Positions 29,425-37,282 of a DNA stretch of 55,655 bases are shown here, in pieces. Source of the DNA: a virus (lineage: Duplodnaviria; Caudoviricetes); IMG/VR virus record IMGVR_UViG_3300001686_000006, positions 1 to 55,655 of that record; one strand, given 5' to 3'. A program made the position numbers and the translations under genes. The notes below the pieces were generated by a model. That model was given only the letters and a program-made list of their open reading frames with translations. It was not told the DNA's origin and searched no databases. Positions within the stretch are counted from its first letter, which is position 1; every line of letters starts with the position of its first letter.

Positions 29425-29697
29425 ATGACCACTCATATTTTCGCTACCCAGCTTACTGAAGAAAACATGGACGCTATTGTCGCCTATGGCGCCGAGCATC
29501 ATCTGAACATTGAACATTTTCGCAATGAAATCGAGTTTTACGCCGAAGACGGCTTGAAACCCTATGTCATCGCGTCGATCGACATGGACACGGAGGAGCT
29601 TGTGCACATTACGACAAAAGACGATTTTACATTCTTCCTCAGCTGGAAGTTCATTGACGAGAAGTACAAGATGTTCACTCGCGTTACTGAAATCTAA
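29425..29697 (+). CDS. Cassette protein, AxxLTxEN family
   Basis: Motif + SD + terminator; FATQLTEENMDAIV. Confidence 0.8.
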   Translation: MTTHIFATQLTEENMDAIVAYGAEHHLNIEHFRNEIEFYAEDGLKPYVIASIDMDTEELVHITTKDDFTFFLSWKFIDEKYKMFTRVTEI

Positions 29698-29777
29698 AGC
29701 CAAGAGTCCCTAACACGGGCTCTAGCTTTTCGCGCATATTTCAGGGCATGTAATGACAACTAGCAAAGGAGAGACCT

Positions 29778-29891
29778 ATGCTCACGACAAAGCAGAAGCT
29801 TGCCGTCGCGCTTGTTCTGCGCATGCATAAGCTTGCAGGACATATTCTCGATGCCGCAGACGCTCTCGAGAGCCGAATCAATCCGCAGTAG
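29778..29891 (+). CDS. 37-aa cassette peptide (not in the ORF track)
   Basis: AAGGAG SD; MLTTKQKLAVALVLRMHKLAGHILDAADALESRINPQ; own motif and terminator. Confidence 0.75.
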   Translation: MLTTKQKLAVALVLRMHKLAGHILDAADALESRINPQ

Positions 29892-29998
29892 CTGTTTAAG
29901 ACTGCAGAGCCCTATTACAGGGGCTCTCAGTTTTTCTCAGGGGGTCTTCGCGTATATTTCAGGGCATATAATAGAAACTACTATCAAGGAGAATTGAA

Positions 29999-30202
29999 AT
30001 GTTTTTCAAGAAGCGCCAGCCCACTGAGATCGAGACCACCAAGATCATTCTGAACTACCTGAATGAGGAATTGCGAGCCTTGTGCCAGAACACCGACCCC
30101 GCTGTTCAGGACACGGTCAGCATCCGCCTCACCCAAGTTCAGAACATGATCTCCGGCCAGACTCAGAAGCTACAGCAACTTTATTGGCCATCACCATCCT
30201 AA
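29999..30202 (+). CDS. Cassette protein, helical hairpin
   Basis: Motif, AAGGAG SD, terminator. Confidence 0.75.
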   Translation: MFFKKRQPTEIETTKIILNYLNEELRALCQNTDPAVQDTVSIRLTQVQNMISGQTQKLQQLYWPSPS

Positions 30203-30295
30203 TAGAAATCTAAAGAGCGAGCCCCACACGGGCTTTCTCTTTTCGTTCGCGGGAATTTCATGGATTGTAATGAACCCCTACCAGAAAGAAACACC

Positions 30296-30379
30296 ATGAC
30301 CGACCTGCCGAAGACCGCCGTGATCACCATCAAGATCATCAACTTCATCGACTCGAAGTTCGACCGTTTCCGCAAGTAG
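30296..30379 (+). CDS. 27-aa cassette peptide (not in the ORF track)
   Basis: MTDLPKTAVITIKIINFIDSKFDRFRK; GC3-biased codons; between motif 30247 and terminator 30388. Confidence 0.65.
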   Translation: MTDLPKTAVITIKIINFIDSKFDRFRK

Positions 30380-30444
30380 TTTAATCGGAGAGTCCACACG
30401 GACTTTCTTTTTTTTTATTCGCGTATTTTTCACGTCCTATAATA

Positions 30445-30575
30445 GAAAGGAGATCGGACTAAACCCCGATTCCGAGATACGCATGTGCGGGAGAAACCCC
30501 CGCCCGGAGTGCAACCACAAGACAGGTTGCTAAAGATAGTTTGCCTTAGGCTATCGCCTCCTTTCCCTTTTTTTT
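30445..30575 (+). ncRNA. Multi-arm small RNA cassette 1
   Basis: Closing stem GAAAGGAG/CTCCTTTC with four internal hairpins and a U-tract; no SD-led ORF. Confidence 0.7.
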
Positions 30576-30630
30576 CGCGGATATTTCCGGGCCTATAATG
30601 AGAACAAAATCAAATTTTAGGAGACACTAA

Positions 30631-30789
30631 ATGGACCGTGAGCGAATCAAGCTCGAAGTTTATGTGGACCTCGACCCGGTTCCCGGTACCTTCCATTCCA
30701 AGGAAAGCGCCCAGAACGTGGTGAGGAATATACTGAACGGAGCTATTCCGCATTACAACCCAACTGTAAGTATCGCCCAAGACAAATAG
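30631..30789 (+). CDS. 52-aa cassette protein (not in the ORF track)
   Basis: AGGAG SD; MDRERIKLEVYVDLDPVPGTFHSKESAQ... Confidence 0.75.
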   Translation: MDRERIKLEVYVDLDPVPGTFHSKESAQNVVRNILNGAIPHYNPTVSIAQDK

Positions 30790-30885
30790 CTCTCAAGAGA
30801 GAAGCCCTAACCGGTTTCTCTTTTTTTTGTCTTCGCGGATTTTTCAGGGCATATAATGACAACCAAACCTATCCAGGAGAATCCC

Positions 30886-31047
30886 ATGACCAATCCCGCC
30901 GATGAAGCTATCTGCATGTTGATCGAAGATCTGACCCGTCGCGCCACTCGTCTCACCACGAATGCCGAAGAGCGTCAGAACTACATCAATCAGATCGCTC
31001 AGCTCCGTGCGTCGATGAATCCCCAGATCATCCAGCAGGTCCGGTAA
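30886..31047 (+). CDS. Cassette protein
   Basis: AGGAG SD; MTNPADEAICMLIEDL... Confidence 0.75.
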   Translation: MTNPADEAICMLIEDLTRRATRLTTNAEERQNYINQIAQLRASMNPQIIQQVR

Positions 31048-31138
31048 CAAAACGCGAGCCCTTCACGGGCTTTCGTTTTTTCACTATAGTCGCGGGAATT
31101 TCATGGTATGTAATGAACCCCTAACAAAGGAATCCAAC

Positions 31139-31297
31139 ATGACTTTCAAGCATGCTGCCAAGACCACCGCCTACGCCATCGGCATGTTCGTCTTCCCCGT
31201 CAAACCCAAGACGACGGAGAAACCGTTCGATATTGATGCGCATGCCGCGGCCGTTCAAGCCAGCTGGCACGAAGCCACCAAGGACTTTACCAAGTAG
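31139..31297 (+). CDS. Cassette protein
   Basis: AAGGA SD; MTFKHAAKTTAY... Confidence 0.7.
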   Translation: MTFKHAAKTTAYAIGMFVFPVKPKTTEKPFDIDAHAAAVQASWHEATKDFTK

Positions 31298-31403
31298 TTC
31301 AAAAGCCCAGAACCCCTAACACGGGTTCTAGCTTTTTTCCTGCAATTCGCGGGAATTTCATGGCCTGTAATAGAAGAAGATCACATCTATACAGGAGAAT
31401 CAC

Positions 31404-31598
31404 ATGACCATCCAGATCACCATCCCGAACCCGAAGACCGCCTACAACTACGCCAAGTATTTTCACCAGCTGAATCGCGAGAACAAGAAGTTCCGCAATC
31501 AGCTCCGTGAGGAGAAGCGCTACGAGAAGCGCATTCGTAAGTCCCAGGAGAAGATCGGTACCTACGTGCCCCCCACCTGCAAGACCATCTACGCCTAA
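31404..31598 (+). CDS. Basic cassette protein
   Basis: AGGAG SD, motif and terminator. Confidence 0.75.
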   Translation: MTIQITIPNPKTAYNYAKYFHQLNRENKKFRNQLREEKRYEKRIRKSQEKIGTYVPPTCKTIYA

Positions 31599-31686
31599 AG
31601 GCGAGCCCCCTAATACGGGGCTTTCCTTTTTTTCGCGGATATTTCATGGCCTGTAATGAGACCAAATCTATCCGGAAGGATTCATC

Positions 31687-31893
31687 ATGAAGGACGCCAT
31701 CAACGAGAAGGCCGTCTCCGTCAAGAACCATATCATTCACCACCGCGCCAAGTACGCTTCCGCAGCCACCCTCGTGGTCTGCTATAAGCTGCACCGAGTC
31801 TCGGTGAAGCAGTGGTATGCGTTCCTGGAGGAGAAGGGCATCGACCCGACGGAGTTCCTCCTGCCCGAACATTTCGCAGAGATGCACTCATAA
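31687..31893 (+). CDS. Cassette protein
   Basis: AAGGA SD, motif and terminator. Confidence 0.75.
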   Translation: MKDAINEKAVSVKNHIIHHRAKYASAATLVVCYKLHRVSVKQWYAFLEEKGIDPTEFLLPEHFAEMHS

Positions 31894-31953
31894 AGCTATG
31901 AGCCCTTAATTGGGCTCTAGTTTTTTTTTCAATACACAAGGAGCAGAATTAAA

Positions 31954-32397
31954 ATGAGACTTCTGGTTTCAGATCGAACGTCCCATCCTCGTCGTTGGCA
32001 TGTAAAGAAGCCGATGTCGAAAAAGACAGTGTGCGATCTACCTATGCTGGGTATGCGGGATCGAAAGCATGCTGATACGCCCATCCCGTGTGTCGAATGT
32101 TTCGCGTATATTTCACCCACTATAATGACACAACACTACCAAAGGAGTACCATGTCCACCGAGTCCTCCGAGCCCAAGCTCGAAAGCGCCCCGGAGCCCG
32201 AGACCGTCAAGCCGTCCAAGCTGAAGCGCATCAAGTCCGCCGCCACTGTTGCCGGAATCTACGCGATTCCCGTCACCATGGTGGGTGGTCTGATGCTGTT
32301 CAGCTACAAGACGAGCCAGATGGACCTCGAGGCTGCCAGGCTCAACTTCGAAGCCGCCAAACTCACCCGCCTCGCCGACGCTGCTACCCAGCAGTAG
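31954..32397 (+). CDS. Membrane protein (main start 32152) with an in-frame upstream His/Cys-rich extension from 31954
   Basis: AAGGAG SDs before both ATGs; motif copy 32102 lies inside the extension. Confidence 0.65.
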   Translation: MRLLVSDRTSHPRRWHVKKPMSKKTVCDLPMLGMRDRKHADTPIPCVECFAYISPTIMTQHYQRSTMSTESSEPKLESAPEPETVKPSKLKRIKSAATVAGIYAIPVTMVGGLMLFSYKTSQMDLEAARLNFEAAKLTRLADAATQQ

Positions 32398-32464
32398 TAG
32401 TCCAATGAGAATCCGTAACCCACGGGTTCTCATTTTTTCTGAGACCTTAAACAAGGAAAAAACT

Positions 32465-32707
32465 ATGGCTATGCCTAGAGGTTTGCGCCCTAACTCGAGG
32501 GCACGAGCCATCTATGAGTACATCAAGGCGAATCCGGGGTGTGCTCGTAAGGATATTTTGACTGTTCTTCCTTCGGATGTTGATCCAAACGTAGTCAGCA
32601 TTACTATCAATCGTCTTCGCTGTAATAATTTGATTGTCAAATCCGGCGGATACAAAGACGCTACTTGGCACATAGTCGAGACGTCATCGCAATCTGAGAC
32701 CCCCTGA
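32465..32707 (+). CDS. Winged-helix DNA-binding protein
   Basis: AIYEYIKANPGCARKDIL..VSITINRL..NLI..W pattern. Confidence 0.7.
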   Translation: MAMPRGLRPNSRARAIYEYIKANPGCARKDILTVLPSDVDPNVVSITINRLRCNNLIVKSGGYKDATWHIVETSSQSETP

Positions 32708-32721
32708 GCTAGGAGAGTAAC

Positions 32722-32934
32722 ATGGAAGATAGATATTTCATCGCCATCAAGGCACACAAGAATGTGATGCCGACGCACGACGAAGTTCTCGACGCCGTTC
32801 GCAATACGCTTGCTGAATTGGTGCGCAAGAACATTGAGCCCGTGGAGGCCCTGGCCAAGTCCCAGACCATGCGCGAAGCCGTTTCGACCTTCACGGTCGA
32901 GGTCGAGACTGATCTCTATTCTTCGAAGAAGTAA
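32722..32934 (+). CDS. Hypothetical protein
   Basis: TAGGAG SD. Confidence 0.7.
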   Translation: MEDRYFIAIKAHKNVMPTHDEVLDAVRNTLAELVRKNIEPVEALAKSQTMREAVSTFTVEVETDLYSSKK

Positions 32935-32959
32935 CCTGAGACCCCAAACTAGGAGAATC

Positions 32960-33172
32960 ATGAACCGCATCAAGTCAGTGATTTTTCAGGACTCCCGTCA
33001 CCGTTATGGCGACAAGGAGGCCATCGCCACCATGGACGACGGCTCCACGGAGCTGGTATTCCACTGGTTCAGCGACGAGCTGAGCTTCCGCGAGGAGGAG
33101 CTCATCGCCATGACCATCGAGCAGGCCCGCGACCTCAAGGAGGAACGCGACATCGCATATTTGCAGTCATGA
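32960..33172 (+). CDS. Hypothetical phage protein
   Basis: TAGGAG SD; FHWFSDELSF.EEELI.MT.EQA..LK..RDIAYLQS. Confidence 0.7.
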   Translation: MNRIKSVIFQDSRHRYGDKEAIATMDDGSTELVFHWFSDELSFREEELIAMTIEQARDLKEERDIAYLQS

Positions 33173-33672
33173 TCGACGGTCAACCGGCAGGAGTTACTAT
33201 GATCGCTTCCCGCTGTGCTCCCTTCGTGTTGCATGAATCCCACACGCTGAATGTCCTGCAAAGCCGACTACACGGGCTTGATCATTGGTTCCGGGTGTGG
33301 CAGAACGCTCAGTTGTTGAGCGGAAAGGGGACCAACGCCGATCTGGAAGTCGTGGGTCTGTATGCCTTGTTTCACGATTCCATGCGAGTGAACGATGGCC
33401 TGGATTCAGGCCATGGGCTCCGTGGATACAACTTGTGGGAGCGTATCAACCAACGGCTGGATCTGGGACGGTTTCTTTCCCAGCGACAGAACGAGCAGCT
33501 ATTCGAGGCTTGTGCCGAGCATAGCAATGGTCTTCGAAGTATGGATCCCACCATTGCCGTATGCTGGGATGCTGATCGATTGGATCTGCATCGTAAAGGG
33601 GTCTGGCCGGATGCTCGATTTATGAGCACGCAAGACAGCATTGATTTGACCATGAATCGGCTTCGGCCGTAA
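33169..33672 (+). CDS. HD-domain phosphohydrolase
   Basis: HGLDHWFRV, LFHDSMR, HG, EH and CWDADRLDL: full HD metal-ligand set. Confidence 0.85.
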   Translation: MIDGQPAGVTMIASRCAPFVLHESHTLNVLQSRLHGLDHWFRVWQNAQLLSGKGTNADLEVVGLYALFHDSMRVNDGLDSGHGLRGYNLWERINQRLDLGRFLSQRQNEQLFEACAEHSNGLRSMDPTIAVCWDADRLDLHRKGVWPDARFMSTQDSIDLTMNRLRP

Positions 33673-33698
33673 ACCCTATATTTGCAGGAGAAAAACTC

Positions 33699-33947
33699 AT
33701 GAAGAGAATCTTACTGAGTCTTACCGTGGGAATCATATCAACGTCAATTGCCTGGATCTATATCCTTCGGCATGCAATCGTGGACGGTCTCATCGAAAAG
33801 CTCGACACCATTGCTGCACGATTGTCCGAGCGTCGACGGAACCGACAGAACCTGGGGAACCTGGGATATTCTGGACAAGTCAGGTATCACAGCATGACTG
33901 CCATCCGCGAGCGACGTAGACAGGATAGTCACACGTCGAAGCGCTAA
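33699..33947 (+). CDS. Small membrane protein
   Basis: AGGAG SD; N-terminal hydrophobic helix. Confidence 0.65.
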   Translation: MKRILLSLTVGIISTSIAWIYILRHAIVDGLIEKLDTIAARLSERRRNRQNLGNLGYSGQVRYHSMTAIRERRRQDSHTSKR

Positions 33948-33965
33948 GCCAAACTAAGGAGAGTT

Positions 33966-34853
33966 ATGTCCAGCAGTGAGGAACGAGGCCGCGTGGCGAA
34001 GGATCGTACGCTGTCTCGCGAAAAGCAGATCGAGATGGCGAAGGCTCTGAAGGACAAAGGTCAGTCGAACGCGAGTATCGCCCACATCATGCAGCTCAAC
34101 GAAAGCAGTGTACGCGAGCTGCTCAAGCCGAAAGGCACCCAAGCTAAGGAGAGTAACGTGCAAATTGAAGGTCCCTATTCCATGAAGTCCGTGGACGGGC
34201 TGAAGACCCCCGTCTATATTTTTCTGCCCGGAGGAGAGGGCCAGCGTAAGCACATCGGCGAGGCCACGGTCAGCTCGGGTGAACCCGGCATGACCTTCGC
34301 CGTCGAATTGAACGAGCCGTACAAGGATATCGAGACGGCACATTTCGATGTTCCGATGCGGTATGTCTATTTGAACCGTCCCGATAAGCCCAGGATCAAC
34401 TGGCGCCACAACTGTCTCACCCCGGATATTCACGATGGCCGTCCGGGAGCGATTTGGAACATTCCGCTGGGATATGCGGTGTCGATTTTCTCGAAGGAGA
34501 GCCTGCAGGAGCTCGTTATCGAGCGCATCTATTCCGATGCCATGCAGTTCGTGGAGGCCTCCCCGTTTGTTCAGCGGGGCACCGACGTCTCCACGGAATA
34601 CACTCAGGAATGGGCCGAGCAGGTCAAGTACGAGGCCGAGAGGCGCTATCCGACTATCCTCCAGCACAAGGTCGGAGAGCTTTCCCGATATTACAAGACG
34701 CCAAGCTGGGAGCTCGAGCAGCAGGAGGCAATTAGCCGACTTAAGGAGAACAAACTCAACCCGTACTACGAGCCGCTGCACTCTCACGACACGATCAATC
34801 TGCTCTGCCGCATTCTCGGCGTCAGTGCTGAGATGAGCGTGGGGGGACAATAG
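33966..34853 (+). CDS. HTH-containing protein with probable internal start at GTG 34158
   Basis: AKALKDKGQSNASIAHIMQLNESSVRELLK HTH; second AAGGAGAG SD in frame. Confidence 0.65.
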   Translation: MSSSEERGRVAKDRTLSREKQIEMAKALKDKGQSNASIAHIMQLNESSVRELLKPKGTQAKESNVQIEGPYSMKSVDGLKTPVYIFLPGGEGQRKHIGEATVSSGEPGMTFAVELNEPYKDIETAHFDVPMRYVYLNRPDKPRINWRHNCLTPDIHDGRPGAIWNIPLGYAVSIFSKESLQELVIERIYSDAMQFVEASPFVQRGTDVSTEYTQEWAEQVKYEAERRYPTILQHKVGELSRYYKTPSWELEQQEAISRLKENKLNPYYEPLHSHDTINLLCRILGVSAEMSVGGQ

Positions 34854-35201
34854 ATGGATCAGGATAAACGAGCACTATTTATTCTGGCCACCCACACGCT
34901 CCGGTTCGCCACGGAGCATCCTTATGCCGCCACAGGGATATTTGGGGCAGCAGTGGGCTCCGCAGTCACCTACCGGGTGATGAAGTACGAAATGGTAAAC
35001 GAAGCGGCGACCAAGGTGTTCACCCCCAAAGTCTACAAGCTGGCGCTTTCCACAGAAGATCTGCATCGACTGTTGGCTGATCCGGCCTACGAGATGTGTT
35101 GGGACACACCAGATGCTTCGCTGATCATCACCTCAGAGAAAAAGGTGCCGCCGAAGGAATTGCCGATCATCCAAGTGATGGACAACGAACCCGAGGAGTG
35201 A
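34854..35201 (+). CDS. Hypothetical protein with hydrophobic segment
   Basis: Abuts both neighbours; GIFGAAVGSAVTY. Confidence 0.65.
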   Translation: MDQDKRALFILATHTLRFATEHPYAATGIFGAAVGSAVTYRVMKYEMVNEAATKVFTPKVYKLALSTEDLHRLLADPAYEMCWDTPDASLIITSEKKVPPKELPIIQVMDNEPEE

Positions 35202-35536
35202 TGAACAAAAAACAGCAAATTGTCGATCTGGTCAGAGCGCAACCGGGGATTTCCAGTCAAGATATTTCTAAAACGCTGGGAATTACTCGAGTTGAACTCA
35301 GCGCGCATACGTCTTATCTGCGCGATGTCAAAAACCAGATATACAACCAAGGTAAAAATGGTCGCTCGTTTCTGTGGTATCCGGTTACCGCAGAAACCGA
35401 AGATCAGATTCCGTTTATCCACGAAGCTCGAGCCATACTCAAAGATCTGCAACAAACGCCTGTAGCCCATCGAGAACGGCGTTTGGCTAAGCTGTTAAGC
35501 GAGCGAGAAGCTTCGCGGGAAAAACACATCCTATAA
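35201..35536 (+). CDS. Winged-helix DNA-binding protein
   Basis: GAGGAG SD; QIVDLVRAQPGISSQDISKTLGITRVELSAHTSYL. Confidence 0.75.
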   Translation: MNKKQQIVDLVRAQPGISSQDISKTLGITRVELSAHTSYLRDVKNQIYNQGKNGRSFLWYPVTAETEDQIPFIHEARAILKDLQQTPVAHRERRLAKLLSEREASREKHIL

Positions 35537-35614
35537 TAGAAGAGAACGGACTTGACGTCCAGATTCATACCACCGATCCCCGGTAGCAATGAATCTTCTC
35601 TTCTATATTTTTTT
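35536..35614 (+). ncRNA. Small RNA cassette 2 (three-way junction)
   Basis: ATAGAAGAGA/TCTCTTCTAT closing stem, GGAC/GTCC and AGATTCAT/ATGAATCT arms, U-tract. Confidence 0.65.
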
Positions 35615-35648
35615 GAGGAGACCTCAACCCAAACTATAAGGACCCATC

Positions 35649-35861
35649 ATGCTTACGACAACCAAGGAAGGCAACTCGAAACGAGTTCTCGAGATCGTCC
35701 TGGACGATCCGGGGGTTTCCGTCGATCATATTTACGATCGGCTGAACGGCGAAGTCACCCGGAAGCAGATCAGCAACTCTCTGCATTTTCTGCGTCGTAC
35801 CAACCAGATCGAGAACTTGGGCAGGCATGCCAAGGGTGCCAGCTGGTATCCCAAGCAGTAG
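35649..35861 (+). CDS. Winged-helix DNA-binding protein
   Basis: RVLEIVLDDPGVSVDHIYDRL..KQISNSLHFL..W. Confidence 0.7.
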   Translation: MLTTTKEGNSKRVLEIVLDDPGVSVDHIYDRLNGEVTRKQISNSLHFLRRTNQIENLGRHAKGASWYPKQ

Positions 35862-35894
35862 TAACGAGACCTCAACCCCAAACTAGGAGCAAGG

Positions 35895-36359
35895 ATGTTC
35901 GATAAGTTCAAAGCACGAATCGCCAAGTTGGAGGAGGACCACGACAACTTGCGTAAGCTCCATCAGCACGTGGATAGCAACAAGATCGCCTATGCCGCTG
36001 GTGCGAGTGGTCTAGGGTGTCTTATTCTTGGCGGAATGGCCGGATTGGCCTTGGGTCACGAAGTGGCAGTATCGCCAACGGCCAAGAATATGATGCTTCT
36101 TGGCTACAAGTCACCTCAGAGCATCATCCAGGAAACGGTTGTCAATGTGGCTGCCAAAGGATCTCGAGGGCACATCATCGTCGACGGGGCAGGAAATGTT
36201 GTAGGTCGAAGCCTTAGAGAAGCCGCGGCCAACGAGCACGTTCCTTACACCACAATGCGAAACGTGTGCAAGGGACTTCGCGCAACAGCAGGAAACGGTA
36301 AGACGTATACCGATCTCGGTGAGAATCTTAGCGAGCAGATCAAAGTCGGCCTCGCGTAG
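35895..36359 (+). CDS. Membrane protein with C-terminal NUMOD1-like HTH
   Basis: TM segment then RSLREAA....YTTMRNVCKG.....GKTY. Confidence 0.55.
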   Translation: MFDKFKARIAKLEEDHDNLRKLHQHVDSNKIAYAAGASGLGCLILGGMAGLALGHEVAVSPTAKNMMLLGYKSPQSIIQETVVNVAAKGSRGHIIVDGAGNVVGRSLREAAANEHVPYTTMRNVCKGLRATAGNGKTYTDLGENLSEQIKVGLA

Positions 36360-36376
36360 AAATCCCACCGTATAAT

Positions 36377-36484
36377 GAGACCCATCAGGCCGCGCCTAGC
36401 GCGCCGCCAACCGTTCTTGCGTCTAGCACGTATCCGGTTCTCCCGCGTTTCCGCACGTCGGAGTTGATGGGTCTCTTATTTTTT
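36377..36484 (+). ncRNA. Small RNA cassette 3
   Basis: GAGACCCATCA/TGATGGGTCTC 11-bp closing stem, internal hairpins, U-tract, no ORF. Confidence 0.7.
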
Positions 36485-36507
36485 CGCGGGAAAAACCCGC
36501 CGTATAA

Positions 36508-36581
36508 TGAGACCCATTTGAGCGCGGCTTTGCCGTACTCCTCGCTAGCGCGGCTTTGCCGTACTGGCGAGATGGGTCTCA
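36508..36581 (+). ncRNA. Small RNA cassette 4 with two identical hairpins
   Basis: TGAGACCCAT/ATGGGTCTCA stem enclosing the 19-nt direct repeat AGCGCGGCTTTGCCGTACT twice. Confidence 0.7.
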
Positions 36582-36666
36582 CTAAGAGAGCCTCCTATTA
36601 GTGCCTAACAGCCTAAGAGTTGAGGGTTCTCTCTTTTTTTCTCACCCCCAAACGCAAGGATGCACA

Positions 36667-37050
36667 ATGTTCAAGAACCTCATCGAGTATCGAGAGATGC
36701 AGCAACTGCGCAAGGATCATCTCAACCAGCAGAAGCGTCGTCAGGCTATCGTTTTGTTCGGCGCCCTGATGGGACTGCTGCTGGTCATGGCCGCCATCGA
36801 GGCAGTTACGGCCAAGGAGCCGGTCAAGCCCGCTACGGTGGCGGCACATGTCACAACGACCAAGCCTCAGCCCACCGACGACACCTCGACGTCGACGAGC
36901 ATTCAGCATGACCAAGAATGGTCGAGCAAGCAGGCGAAGTATTGCCTGAATGTGGGCCAGCAGGCGGGGCTCAAGGAGCCGGAGCTGACCAAGCAGTACG
37001 ACCGCTGTGTCGACCATACGGCCAACTGGCCGATGGAGAAGTTCGAGTAA
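36667..37050 (+). CDS. Single-pass membrane protein with extracellular Cys pair
   Basis: AAGGA SD; TM helix, Thr/Pro linker, YC...RC. Confidence 0.7.
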   Translation: MFKNLIEYREMQQLRKDHLNQQKRRQAIVLFGALMGLLLVMAAIEAVTAKEPVKPATVAAHVTTTKPQPTDDTSTSTSIQHDQEWSSKQAKYCLNVGQQAGLKEPELTKQYDRCVDHTANWPMEKFE

Positions 37051-37060
37051 GGAGCATAAC

Positions 37061-37246
37061 ATGCACGAGAAGATCGAAAAGCTCAAGCCCATCGCCGGAT
37101 ACGTTCATAGACGCCGTGGTCGTTTCTCGGCGTTCGGTACATTTGTTGTGTTATATCCGTGGCTGAGACGCCCTCGACATGATTGGACAGAGTTCGAGAA
37201 GGACTTCCGCATGTACGACAGGATCCATGCCAAAACCCAAACGTAG
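37061..37246 (+). CDS. Hypothetical protein
   Basis: AAGGAG SD; MHEKIEKLK... Confidence 0.65.
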   Translation: MHEKIEKLKPIAGYVHRRRGRFSAFGTFVVLYPWLRRPRHDWTEFEKDFRMYDRIHAKTQT

Positions 37247-37282
37247 TACCTGTAAACCTATACCCAACAGAAAGGATCCGCC

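Noticed and set aside
30483-30533. 16-codon ORF MCGRNPRPECNHKTGC
   Set aside because: No SD at a usable distance; lies within paired arms of the RNA structure.
27762-32440. Repeat array as a CRISPR array or true integron
   Set aside because: Repeats are degenerate, spacers are 150-530 bp genes, and no cas or integrase gene is present.
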